DNA of 64,000 nucleotides, from IMG/VR virus record IMGVR_UViG_3300046832_001910, positions 1 to 64,000 of that record, one strand, 5' to 3'. The notes beneath the pieces are model-generated. The model was not told the origin of the DNA, did not search any database, and saw only the letters and a list, made by a program, of their open reading frames with translations. This document shows, in pieces, positions 10,752 through 20,339 of the stretch. The position numbers and the translations under genes were made by a program. The DNA comes from a virus. The stretch's first letter is position 1, and the number at the start of each line of letters is the position of its first letter.

Positions 10752-12405
10752 GGTAGAATTTAGAAATTTTGCAAGTTATGGAAATAGAACTCAAGTAATT
10801 GAGTTTGATAAAGAGCAGAGCGATCTCTATCTGGTTCTTGGCGGAAATGGAGCCGGTAAAAGTACATTAGCTAAAGTTATAACATTTCTATGTTATGGTA
10901 GGGTTGAAGGAGCTAACCTACGTGATCTTCCTAACCGTGTAAATAATAATCTTTGGGGTAAAATTTGGTTGGAAAGTAAAGGTAATCAAATTGAAATTGA
11001 AAGAGGAGTTTTACCAGGTATCTTTAATGTATCAATAAACGGTACAGATTATGATGTTGCTGGTAAATCAAATCTACAAGAATTTTTGGAGACAGAGATT
11101 TATGAAATACCTTACCATGTATTTAAGAATGTTATTATCTTATCGGTTAATGATTTTAAGTCATTTATTACCATGTCTCCGTTTGATAAGAAACAGATCA
11201 TTGATAGGATCTTTGGTTTCTCTGTAATCAATCAGATGCGAGAATTGGTAAAGAATAAGAGAAAGATTATTATTGATGAGATCCGAACATTTGATGATGA
11301 GATCCGAACATTGGAAGAATCAATACAATCTGTCTTATTAAAGATAGAGCAGTATGAAGAAGCATCAAAAGAAAAGGATGCATCTAAAGTTGCCGAACTC
11401 AAGAAAAAGTTAGTTGATCTTAATGAAACTAGAAAAAAGTTAAAGGAGGCAAACGATAAGACTAGGATTAAGATTGATGATAATGATAAAAAGTATAAAG
11501 TTAAATCATCGAAAGAATCTGAAATTAAGTCAGAGATTAATGCCGTTAAAAAAGGATTAGAACTTTATCAAAATAATACATGCCCAACATGTAACTCTCC
11601 ATTGGATTCTGAATTTCATCAACATATTAAAAAGGAAAAAGAAGATCTTTTAGAAACCTTAAATGCAAAGTATGAAAAGATCCAGTCTGAGGTTACTCAA
11701 ATAGATGATGCTCTAACTGCGCTAAGGGAACAGGGTAAACAAATTCATGTAAAAGTTGGTCAACTTGAAACAACAATGAGTACTCTTAAGAATGAACTTA
11801 TAGAATTAGCAGAAAAGGATGATGAATCATCTGGTCATCTTAAGGAATTGATAAAGGAATTTAAAGAAAAGAAAGAAGAAAAGGGAAATGTAAAACTTAA
11901 GAGCGAAGGTGAAGACTATTACTTAAGTATACTTGAAAATCTTATGGGAGATGATGGCATTAAGAATCTTGCTGTTAGATCAATTCTTCCATCTTTCAAT
12001 AATAATATTCTTGTAATGGCCAAAGAAATGGGAATACCTTTTGGCATTAGGTTTGATGATAAGTTTAATTGTACCATTCATCATTTAGGTCAAGAGATAA
12101 GTCCTAAGACTTTAAGTACAGGTGAAAAGAAAAAGGTGGACTTTGTAATTATCATGGCTTTAATTAAAATGATTAAAGTTAGATTCTCTAGTCTTAATAT
12201 TCTATTCCTGGATGAAATCTTTTCTTCAATTGATTCTGATGGTGTTTATCATATTATAAATATACTTCATGAAACTATCCAAGAGATAGGTCTTAATACC
12301 TTTGTAATTAACCACACCGTTCTACCTAGCGAATATTTTGACAAGAAACTTGAAATCACTAAAGATGCTGGCTTTTCTGAGTTTACAATTGAAAGCATTA
12401 AATAA
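10738..12405 (+). CDS. Recombination ATPase subunit (gp46/Rad50/SbcC-like)
   Basis: GGNGAGKS, CPTC zinc hook, LSTGE signature and FLDE. Confidence 0.93.
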   Translation: MRILKVEFRNFASYGNRTQVIEFDKEQSDLYLVLGGNGAGKSTLAKVITFLCYGRVEGANLRDLPNRVNNNLWGKIWLESKGNQIEIERGVLPGIFNVSINGTDYDVAGKSNLQEFLETEIYEIPYHVFKNVIILSVNDFKSFITMSPFDKKQIIDRIFGFSVINQMRELVKNKRKIIIDEIRTFDDEIRTLEESIQSVLLKIEQYEEASKEKDASKVAELKKKLVDLNETRKKLKEANDKTRIKIDDNDKKYKVKSSKESEIKSEINAVKKGLELYQNNTCPTCNSPLDSEFHQHIKKEKEDLLETLNAKYEKIQSEVTQIDDALTALREQGKQIHVKVGQLETTMSTLKNELIELAEKDDESSGHLKELIKEFKEKKEEKGNVKLKSEGEDYYLSILENLMGDDGIKNLAVRSILPSFNNNILVMAKEMGIPFGIRFDDKFNCTIHHLGQEISPKTLSTGEKKKVDFVIIMALIKMIKVRFSSLNILFLDEIFSSIDSDGVYHIINILHETIQEIGLNTFVINHTVLPSEYFDKKLEITKDAGFSEFTIESIK

Positions 12406-12429
12406 ATATACTGAAAATAATCGTTTCTA

Positions 12430-13410
12430 ATGTCAGCATATAATCAGGAGTTCAACAAGGATAATACCATTTTAAGATATGTAATGGTTGCTACTCTTGC
12501 AGAATTAAGAAATAAGGTTTACTATTATAACCAAATAGATGAGGATACTCTACAAAAAATAAATATCCCATTCTATTACTCAGTTACAGGTAATGAAAGA
12601 TTCTTAATGGATAATTTCATATATGATGCAGCTGCTGATGGTAAAGCTTATGGCGATTATGAAGTTGTACCTCGTGGCGTTTTACAGCTTAGTTCAATAT
12701 CAATAGATTCTGGCAGTCAAACAAATAAATTTGTAAGAGGCGAATTTGTAAGAGAGTGGAATGGTCTGTTAAAAACATTTTCATTAGAGACTAACTTTCT
12801 TCCTTTAACTATGACATTTAGCATAACTGTTATATGTTCAAATAACCTTGAGATGTTAAAGGCAACTGAATCAATCTTAAGTAAGCTTTATAAGACTACA
12901 TTATTTAATGTTGATTTAGGCATAATGAGAATCCAGGCAAGTATGGCTGTACCTGAAGATTTTAGTCAGGATAGACTTTTTGAATTTGCATTAAATGACA
13001 AGAAAGAATTTAATGTAACATTTGACCTTGAGGTTAAATCATTCGTTCCTGTTTTTGAAAATGGTATTCTTCTTAATGAAATTGCTGAATTAACTAGAGC
13101 TGCTATGGAATCTAATCCTAATGCAGAAGGTGTAGGTCTATTTAGATGTGGAGCTGATGGTAATGTAGGAATCTACTTTGGTGGAGTATTCCAGAAGTTT
13201 GAGTATACCGTTGATAATCTTGCAAAGGTTGCTCCAGAAAGTATCATATCAAATCAACAATATGTTAATCCTAATGATATTAATAGAGGAGGACCTTACA
13301 TAGAGTCTGAAACTACCTCGGCTGGGTTTAATCCAGATACGAAAAAATACACCGATACGGAGACTGAGGCAAGTAAAGAATATAGAAATGCACAGGACGA
13401 TGAAGGATAA
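12430..13410 (+). CDS. Tail terminator/sheath stabiliser (gp15-like)
   Basis: IPFYY...ERFL...VPRG pattern resembles T4 gp15 homologues; late-type motif upstream. Confidence 0.55.
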   Translation: MSAYNQEFNKDNTILRYVMVATLAELRNKVYYYNQIDEDTLQKINIPFYYSVTGNERFLMDNFIYDAAADGKAYGDYEVVPRGVLQLSSISIDSGSQTNKFVRGEFVREWNGLLKTFSLETNFLPLTMTFSITVICSNNLEMLKATESILSKLYKTTLFNVDLGIMRIQASMAVPEDFSQDRLFEFALNDKKEFNVTFDLEVKSFVPVFENGILLNEIAELTRAAMESNPNAEGVGLFRCGADGNVGIYFGGVFQKFEYTVDNLAKVAPESIISNQQYVNPNDINRGGPYIESETTSAGFNPDTKKYTDTETEASKEYRNAQDDEG

Positions 13411-13458
13411 TAACTTTAGGATCTTAGAATATATAAAACAAATAAAAAATCATCAAAT

Positions 13459-15288
13459 ATGAGTAAAGCAGTTAATGAAGGACAAACTCAAGTCTATTCG
13501 GATGGTAGTATTGAACCGCAATATGGTATAAATACTGATGCGCCATATCTTAATAACCCACCAAAGCAATTACTTGATCTTATTGCAGCTTTTTATAAAA
13601 GCGGTAAATCAGATAGTCAAGTTTTAGCAATCTTGGTAGGTATGGGAACACCGCAACAATTGGCATTATCTGGTATTAATGCATTTAAAGCCGCTACTCA
13701 GATGTATACAACTGAAAACAATCAAAAAAATCATAACAATATGAAATTTACACTTGTAGGCTTATACGAAAATGTAATGAAAGCCATTAATGCATTAAAT
13801 GAAATGGGAGAAGACAAATCAAGAGTTTCTTATTCTGCTAAAAATGCTCTTGGTATTTTAGAATCTTCTTTAGGATATTTTCCAATGAGATTCTCGAGCG
13901 GAGGTATTTCAATAATTAGCGAAGACATTGAAAATAATGTTAACCCAGCTCTTAAATATAAGATTGCAAAAACTCTTCATAGAGATCTTTCTTCTTCTGA
14001 ATGGTTAAACCCAGTTAGAGAATTAAGAAGTTACATTATGGCTTCATATGATTCTTCTAAATGGTCATTTAGAATTGCTGAGGCTATTGAAAGAACATCT
14101 GCACAAAAAGGTAAACTTTATGAAGGTTTAACTAATCAGTTAGAATCTCTTTTAAAAGAATCATCTGAAGATATTAAATCTAAGTTTACTTCAATTGCCG
14201 TAAAGAATCCTTGGTCTGCTGAATGTAAGAACATTCTAAACGAAATGGCTTCTTCTGATAAAAAGGCATATTCTAATAATGGAGGTAAGATTGGAAAGAT
14301 CCTTTCTCCTGTATTAGAATCTGAAGAAGGATTAACATTCCACTTACATGGAAAGAATTATATCTTTAATGAAGGCAAGATTTCTGAAACTGAAGTAAAG
14401 GATTCACGTTTCTTCGATGTTTTAGAAGGATTAAAAATGTTTAAACTTGATGGTAGTTCATTAGTTACTTTTTCTGAAAATGGAAAAACTTTAGAATATA
14501 ACATTGAAGAAGGTACATTAAGCTTAGGTGGTGTTGATCTTACTAATGCAAGTATTGTAGAATTAAAAGAATCTTTAATTGCAACTAGATTCTTTGGATA
14601 TAGAGATCAGTGGAAAACTGATAATGTATGTAAATTCTTTGAGAATGTAGATCTTTTACACGAAATGGATAATTTCACTGGAATTACATCTACTGAATTC
14701 TTAAATCTTTTCTTAACCGTTATTGCTGTTGAGGAAGGCGTTTGGGTTAATAAGGTTAACTTAGGAATGCAAATCAATGAAATGAAATTTTATTCATCAG
14801 CAACTGAGGTTGTCAAAATGATTAAAGAATTTATTAACTATGATGCATCTTCTATCTTATCTGAAAGATTAGTTGCTGAAGGAAATCAAAAAGCTATTAC
14901 TGATAAGAAGAGAAATGAAATTAATGATAGGATCTCTTTCTTGGAAGAAAAGAAAGGTAGTATTACCGAAGCAATTAATAAATTAGGTAACTCTGAAGAA
15001 TTACAAGAAGCCTTAAAACTTATCAATACTGAAATTACTAAATTTGAAAAGGAACTTCAGGAAACTTATTCAATAGTTGAAAAAAAAACTAAAAACCAAT
15101 ACCTAGATAATGGTTTTGTAGAGGCAACAATTGAAAACCCAGTATCAGGATTTAAAGTAGATACTCAGGTTTATGTTAATGCTGAAGAATATGCTTCTTT
15201 AGGAGATAATGATTTATTAACATTCGTAGATCCTAAAAACGATAAAGAACATATCGCTAAGAAAAAAGATCTTAAAGTTAAGCTCTAA
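13459..15288 (+). CDS. Hypothetical virion-associated protein
   Basis: 609 aa; late-type motif upstream; several (V/L)xE protease-like sites; C-terminal coiled coil. Confidence 0.5.
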   Translation: MSKAVNEGQTQVYSDGSIEPQYGINTDAPYLNNPPKQLLDLIAAFYKSGKSDSQVLAILVGMGTPQQLALSGINAFKAATQMYTTENNQKNHNNMKFTLVGLYENVMKAINALNEMGEDKSRVSYSAKNALGILESSLGYFPMRFSSGGISIISEDIENNVNPALKYKIAKTLHRDLSSSEWLNPVRELRSYIMASYDSSKWSFRIAEAIERTSAQKGKLYEGLTNQLESLLKESSEDIKSKFTSIAVKNPWSAECKNILNEMASSDKKAYSNNGGKIGKILSPVLESEEGLTFHLHGKNYIFNEGKISETEVKDSRFFDVLEGLKMFKLDGSSLVTFSENGKTLEYNIEEGTLSLGGVDLTNASIVELKESLIATRFFGYRDQWKTDNVCKFFENVDLLHEMDNFTGITSTEFLNLFLTVIAVEEGVWVNKVNLGMQINEMKFYSSATEVVKMIKEFINYDASSILSERLVAEGNQKAITDKKRNEINDRISFLEEKKGSITEAINKLGNSEELQEALKLINTEITKFEKELQETYSIVEKKTKNQYLDNGFVEATIENPVSGFKVDTQVYVNAEEYASLGDNDLLTFVDPKNDKEHIAKKKDLKVKL

Positions 15289-15305
15289 TTCTTAAAACTC
15301 ATATA

Positions 15306-15338
15306 AAAAGCTGACAGGTAAACTGTCGGCTTTTTTTG
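15306..15338 (+). terminator. Intrinsic terminator overlapping the promoter of the gp55-like gene
   Basis: GCTGACAG-GTAAA-CTGTCGGC followed by T7. Confidence 0.8.
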
Positions 15339-15364
15339 CATATAATAAAAAAATAGTTCAGGTT

Positions 15365-15730
15365 ATGCCGAGAAAAAGGAATTACTTAAATAATAGAGAT
15401 CTTTTAGATGAAATACGTAAATCAAAAGAACTTGATGAATTAACACCAAAGGCTCTAGAGTTCTTAATGTTATTAGCAGATAAATGTTCTACTAAACTTA
15501 CCTATAGAGATCCTGCCGATAGAGAAGACTGTATTGCTTTTGCCTATATGGATCTTTATCGTTATTGGAGAAACTTTGATCCAGAAAAAAGTGAAAATGC
15601 ATTTGCATATTTTACTGAAATTGCAAAACGAGGTTTTGCAAAAGGCTGGAACAAATTACATCCTAAGAAGTATGCAGGTACCGTATCAATTGACGGTAGT
15701 GCAGATAGCGAAGGGATTTATACAATCTAG
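15365..15730 (+). CDS. Late-transcription sigma factor (gp55-like, short form)
   Basis: YLNNRDLL and NFDPEKSENAFAYFTEI motifs typical of gp55 homologues. Confidence 0.82.
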   Translation: MPRKRNYLNNRDLLDEIRKSKELDELTPKALEFLMLLADKCSTKLTYRDPADREDCIAFAYMDLYRYWRNFDPEKSENAFAYFTEIAKRGFAKGWNKLHPKKYAGTVSIDGSADSEGIYTI

Positions 15731-15740
15731 TATAATACCT

Positions 15741-16217
15741 ATGAGTATAAAAAATGTCAAACCAACAGTAAAGTCAGGATTTAAACAAGGTTATTATAAA
15801 CCGCATCACCCTGAAAAGTATATAGGTCCTGCACCTATCATATATAGAAGTTCGTGGGAAAGAAAATTTTGTCATTGGTGTGATCATAATGAAAATGTAA
15901 TTAGTTGGGTATCTGAACCGTTTGCAATTAAATACTTTAATGTTTTAGACAAAAAGTTTCATAACTATTATCCAGACTTTTATGTTAAGATGGATAAGGA
16001 TGGAATCATTGAGGAGTATGTAGTTGAAATAAAACCAAAAGAACAGTTAAGAAAACCAAACCCTCCTAAAGTTAAGACCAAAAAAGCAATTGAAAACTTT
16101 AAATATGTTTATGAAATGTATGTAAAGAATCTATGTAAAGCTGATGCTCTTAATAAGGCTGCGGCCCAAAGAAATTTTAAGGTTATGTTATTAACTGAAG
16201 ATTCAAACCTTTTCTAA
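15741..16217 (+). CDS. Head completion nuclease (gp4-like, TnsA fold)
   Basis: PEKYIG, YRSSWE, YYPDF and VEIKP motifs; ATG at 15741 preferred. Confidence 0.88.
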   Translation: MSIKNVKPTVKSGFKQGYYKPHHPEKYIGPAPIIYRSSWERKFCHWCDHNENVISWVSEPFAIKYFNVLDKKFHNYYPDFYVKMDKDGIIEEYVVEIKPKEQLRKPNPPKVKTKKAIENFKYVYEMYVKNLCKADALNKAAAQRNFKVMLLTEDSNLF

Positions 16218-16218
16218 G

Positions 16219-16794
16219 ATGATTATAGGGAATTTTACAGATGATTTAGATTTATACATTGCAGAGAATAAAGGGCAGGCTCGTGCTTCTAAAGCATCCT
16301 CTAATGATTTATTAGCAGCAGGAATAAAAGGCACAGGAGTATTGGATCAAGGAAGAATGTATACTTTTAGATACTTTACTGAAGATGAAGACTTTTATGA
16401 TACGTTTCCTATTGTAATTGGTTTAGGTGCGGTACCTGGGTCAAGAACTAATCAACTTGGTATTAATTTACATTACCTACCGTATGATGCAAGAATACCT
16501 TTTATTGAGGATATCATAAAATCATTTGGATCTTTCTTTAAATCTCAATTTAATTTTGCTGGAGAAATAGCAAAACAATCATACAATAAAAATTTTACTT
16601 ACGAGGCTGTTAAAAAATCATTAGGTAGAAAATATAACTTAACATATGCAATTAGACAGTACAGGTTAGATCGAATGAAGGATCCTAAAATCATAGGATA
16701 TGAAGATTGGTATATGGGTGCGGTTAATGATGATAACAATTTCTTCGGTGGAGATATTAATCAGGCGCAAGCATTATATTACAAGAATATATAA
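16219..16794 (+). CDS. DNA end protector (gp2-like)
   Basis: GRMYTFRY, YDTFP and GINLHYLP motifs. Confidence 0.8.
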   Translation: MIIGNFTDDLDLYIAENKGQARASKASSNDLLAAGIKGTGVLDQGRMYTFRYFTEDEDFYDTFPIVIGLGAVPGSRTNQLGINLHYLPYDARIPFIEDIIKSFGSFFKSQFNFAGEIAKQSYNKNFTYEAVKKSLGRKYNLTYAIRQYRLDRMKDPKIIGYEDWYMGAVNDDNNFFGGDINQAQALYYKNI

Positions 16795-16813
16795 AACATA
16801 ATAACTACAGAAT

Positions 16814-18463
16814 ATGGCAGGATTTACAAACAGGCGAGGTCCTCTGACGGATTCCAACCCGGTAAGAAAGATTCTTAAGGATCTTTCCAATCTAGGTATG
16901 GCATACGATGATATGATCATTCGTAATTCCAGAGCAGTAGGATTTACCGAAAATGCTATGGGATATACAATGAATCCTATGGGATCTGATGCAGACGATA
17001 TGTATGCTGCATTTGCCGCGTTATCCTTAACTGATACAAGTCTTAAAAAGAATATTTCATTCTTTGATAAAGACTATGAAAAGAAAAGAGAACAACTTAG
17101 AACATTTGCCGTTCAGGATGAAATTGAAGATATCCTAGATGTTATTACAGATGAAGCAATAGTTTTTGATAAAAGTAATTACTTTGCATATGCAGAGTTT
17201 AATGGAGAAATTAGTAATTCTATAGAAGAAGAGATCGGAGATATCTATAATAATATCTATAGTTACTTTGGCTTTAACGATGCAGTACAACCTTGGAATT
17301 ATTTCCGTAAATGGTTGGTTGATGGATATCTTGCATTTGAGATTGTTTATAATGATAAGCAAACTGAGATCATTGGATTTAAAGAACTTGATCCAATATC
17401 ATTAATGCCTGGTCTTGATACTGAAACTGGTAAAAAGATGTGGGTTCAGTATAAAGGCGGTGGACCAAAGGAAAGAAAACTTTGGGATTCTCAAATCATT
17501 TACCTTTCATATTCTCAGGTTAATTCACCACAAAGGATATCATACGTAGAAAGACTTATTCGTTCCTTTAACCTATTAAGAATTATGGAAACTACCAGAA
17601 TTATTTGGTCAGTTTCAAATGCGTCATTCAAAACACAATTTATTATCCCAGTTGGTGGTAAATCTAAAACGAGAGCAAAACAATCTCTTGCACAGTTAAT
17701 GAATTCATACCGTGAAGTAGTAGACTTTAATTACGAGAGCGGTGAAATTCAAACTAACGGTAAACCAATGATGCCGTTTAATAAAGAATACTGGTTACCA
17801 TCTAAAGATGGTGAACAACCTGAAATTAGTACTATCGGTGGAGATGGTCCTGATCTAGGGGATACTGAAGCACTTAAATACTTTGCTGATAAATTAAAGC
17901 TTGCATCAAAGATTCCATTTTCACGATTTGATAAGGAAGGTGGAAATACTTATGATATGGAAGCAAGCGGTATGTTAAGAGATGAAATTAAGTTTTCTAA
18001 ATTTATTGATCGTTTAAGATCAATCTTCCAGGAAATTCTTATTAAGCCTGCATATCTTCAAATGTGTCTTAACCACCCAGAACTTAAAAACGATGTGGCC
18101 TTTAAGGCTGGTTTGGCATTAAGATATATTAAGGATAATGTGTTTGAAGAAATGAAAGAAATGGAACTTCAAACAAAAAGAGTTGACTTTATTGGTAATA
18201 TGAAAACTCAATTAAGTACAATGGATGAAAATATGACAGAAATACCATATTTTGATCTAGGATGGCTAATTAAGAGATATGGTGGATTTACTCAGGATGA
18301 TCTAAAAGCAAATGAAAGAGCTAAGGAACGTTCTGACTTAAAGACACAGGGGTACACTGAAGAGGATATCGAAAAGATTCTGTTAGGTGCCGACAAAAAA
18401 CTTTTTAAACCAGAAAAGGATGCAGGTGGCATTGAAGAGGATCCACTGGCGGGTTTAGGATAA
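16814..18463 (+). CDS. Portal protein (gp20)
   Basis: WLVDG, EYWLP and KIPFSR...RDEIKFSKFI motifs. Confidence 0.92.
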   Translation: MAGFTNRRGPLTDSNPVRKILKDLSNLGMAYDDMIIRNSRAVGFTENAMGYTMNPMGSDADDMYAAFAALSLTDTSLKKNISFFDKDYEKKREQLRTFAVQDEIEDILDVITDEAIVFDKSNYFAYAEFNGEISNSIEEEIGDIYNNIYSYFGFNDAVQPWNYFRKWLVDGYLAFEIVYNDKQTEIIGFKELDPISLMPGLDTETGKKMWVQYKGGGPKERKLWDSQIIYLSYSQVNSPQRISYVERLIRSFNLLRIMETTRIIWSVSNASFKTQFIIPVGGKSKTRAKQSLAQLMNSYREVVDFNYESGEIQTNGKPMMPFNKEYWLPSKDGEQPEISTIGGDGPDLGDTEALKYFADKLKLASKIPFSRFDKEGGNTYDMEASGMLRDEIKFSKFIDRLRSIFQEILIKPAYLQMCLNHPELKNDVAFKAGLALRYIKDNVFEEMKEMELQTKRVDFIGNMKTQLSTMDENMTEIPYFDLGWLIKRYGGFTQDDLKANERAKERSDLKTQGYTEEDIEKILLGADKKLFKPEKDAGGIEEDPLAGLG

Positions 18464-18508
18464 AAACTTTATAAGTTGATAATATATAAATCAAATAACA
18501 AGTAGAAG

Positions 18509-20242
18509 ATGTCAGGAAAAAAACTATTAATTCTTGAGAGATCACAATCTAATCTATCGTTTAAGACAGATGATGATGGTGCAGTCGTATTAGAAGGCGT
18601 TTTTACAGAATTTGGAGTTCGTAATAAGAACAATAGAATATATGAGGAAAAAGAAGTTTTACCTCATATTAATGAACTTCAAGAAAAGGTAAAGACAAAT
18701 AAGCTTTTAGGCGAATTGGATCACCCAAAAGATTTTGATATTAGCCTCTCTAATGTATCACACGTAGTAGAATCTTTAAAATACGATTCTGAAAATAAAC
18801 AAGTTATTGGAAGAATTCGTTTACTTAATACTACTAAAGGTAAGGAAGCCCAAGCTTTAATTAAAGATGGTATTCCTCTTCATATTTCAAGCCGTGCTGC
18901 TGGAACCGTTGATGAAAGCGGAAAGGTAAAGATTAAGAAATTCTTTACTTATGATCTTGTAGCAGATCCTGGATTTGAAAATGCAGAACTTGCAAGAGTT
19001 AATGAATCTTATGGATTCGATGACGACAATACTTTATTCATTTACGAAATGGAAGAAATTAAAAATACAGAAGATAAAAAAGAACCAACAATGGAAAATC
19101 AAAATTTTGTAACCGTTGAGGATTTTCAAAAATACACTGAGTACGTTCAAGGTGTATTGAATAACGTTAAAGAATCCGCCAATTCAGATAATTCTGAAAT
19201 CGTTGAGAAACTTATTAAATACAGCGAACATATTGCAGAAAAGGTAAATCAGTTAAATGATTATGCTGAGTATCTTTCTGAAAACCTAGATAAGAGTATT
19301 TCTTATTCTGACTATTTAGCAGAAAATGTAAATAAGATTAAGAGTTACACTAGTTATTTAGCTGAAGAATTAGATAACTCTATTCAGTATGCTGAACATG
19401 TTGCTGAAAAAGCCGATAAGGGAATCCAATATGCAAACTATTTAGGAGAAAACCTTGAAAAAGGAATTGAATATTCTGAATATGTTGCTGAAAAGGTTGA
19501 TCAAAATATTGCATATTCTAATTATTTAGCAGAAGGTTTATCAAGGAGCATTAAATATTCTGAATACATCGCTGAAAATGTAAACGGTGTTTCTGGAACT
19601 GCTATTAATGAATCATCTGTTTCTGAAGAAGAAGGCGTTTGCGAAAAATGTGCAAAGGTTCACGAAGGAACATGTGAATCTTACTCTGAAGAAACTAAGT
19701 CTAATAAGAAAGAATATAAAGATTCAATTGAAGAAGCATTAAATAAATTAATTGCAAAAGCTGAAGCAAAAACAAAAGTTGTATCAGAAATGCACTTTAT
19801 GAACTTCCTTTCTGAGTCTAAGAAAAATGAATTCTCTTCTCTATCTGAAGAAAAACAACAAATGATTGTTGAATCAATGAATGTAAAACCAATTATGTCA
19901 ACCGTACAGGCTGAAAACATTTGGGAATCATGCTTTATTGAAAAGAAGAGAGAATTAAACTTTATCAGCGATATGCCTGAAAAGTATACTGCAAAATGGG
20001 AAGCTCTATCAGAATCTCGTAAAGCTCAAATCATTGCAGAATCTAAGTTCTATACATTAAGTACTCCTTATGCAATTAATAATTTCTGGTCAACTAGAGA
20101 TTTAAGACCATCTCAGGTTGAATTAGAACAAATTAATGAGAGTAAGACTGCTGCTGAGGCTACCACCCAAAAAGAACCGTTAGTAAATGAATCATTTGCT
20201 GCTGATCTAATCAGTAAGGTTAAGTTCAATATCGGTAGATAA
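18509..20242 (+). CDS. Prohead protease (gp21) fused to a scaffold-like (gp22) coiled coil
   Basis: NKNNRIY, GELDHP, ISSRAAG and DLVADPGF motifs, followed by 14-aa helical repeats. Confidence 0.88.
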   Translation: MSGKKLLILERSQSNLSFKTDDDGAVVLEGVFTEFGVRNKNNRIYEEKEVLPHINELQEKVKTNKLLGELDHPKDFDISLSNVSHVVESLKYDSENKQVIGRIRLLNTTKGKEAQALIKDGIPLHISSRAAGTVDESGKVKIKKFFTYDLVADPGFENAELARVNESYGFDDDNTLFIYEMEEIKNTEDKKEPTMENQNFVTVEDFQKYTEYVQGVLNNVKESANSDNSEIVEKLIKYSEHIAEKVNQLNDYAEYLSENLDKSISYSDYLAENVNKIKSYTSYLAEELDNSIQYAEHVAEKADKGIQYANYLGENLEKGIEYSEYVAEKVDQNIAYSNYLAEGLSRSIKYSEYIAENVNGVSGTAINESSVSEEEGVCEKCAKVHEGTCESYSEETKSNKKEYKDSIEEALNKLIAKAEAKTKVVSEMHFMNFLSESKKNEFSSLSEEKQQMIVESMNVKPIMSTVQAENIWESCFIEKKRELNFISDMPEKYTAKWEALSESRKAQIIAESKFYTLSTPYAINNFWSTRDLRPSQVELEQINESKTAAEATTQKEPLVNESFAADLISKVKFNIGR

Positions 20243-20339
20243 AACTAAAGAACTATAATATATAAATAACAAATCTAATAGCTAAGAAGCAAAGAGCTAC
20301 AGATTGATTAATAAAACAAACAAAAAAACAAAAAACAAA

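Noticed and set aside
11275-11312. 21-bp-period duplication (GATGAGATCCGAACATT twice) in gp46
   Set aside because: A single heptad duplication in a coiled coil; ordinary
15078-15096. A9 run with A AAA AAC near the end of the 13459 gene
   Set aside because: The zero frame continues to a sensible stop and both shifted frames close within a few codons, so no evidence of recoding beyond possible truncation
15534-15740. N-terminal extension of the gp4-like ORF from a TTG
   Set aside because: Overlaps the gp55-like gene; ATG at 15741 gives a normal gp4 length
20304-20339. TTG start for the major capsid gene
   Set aside because: The extension is the A-rich initiation region; ATG at 20340 is more plausible
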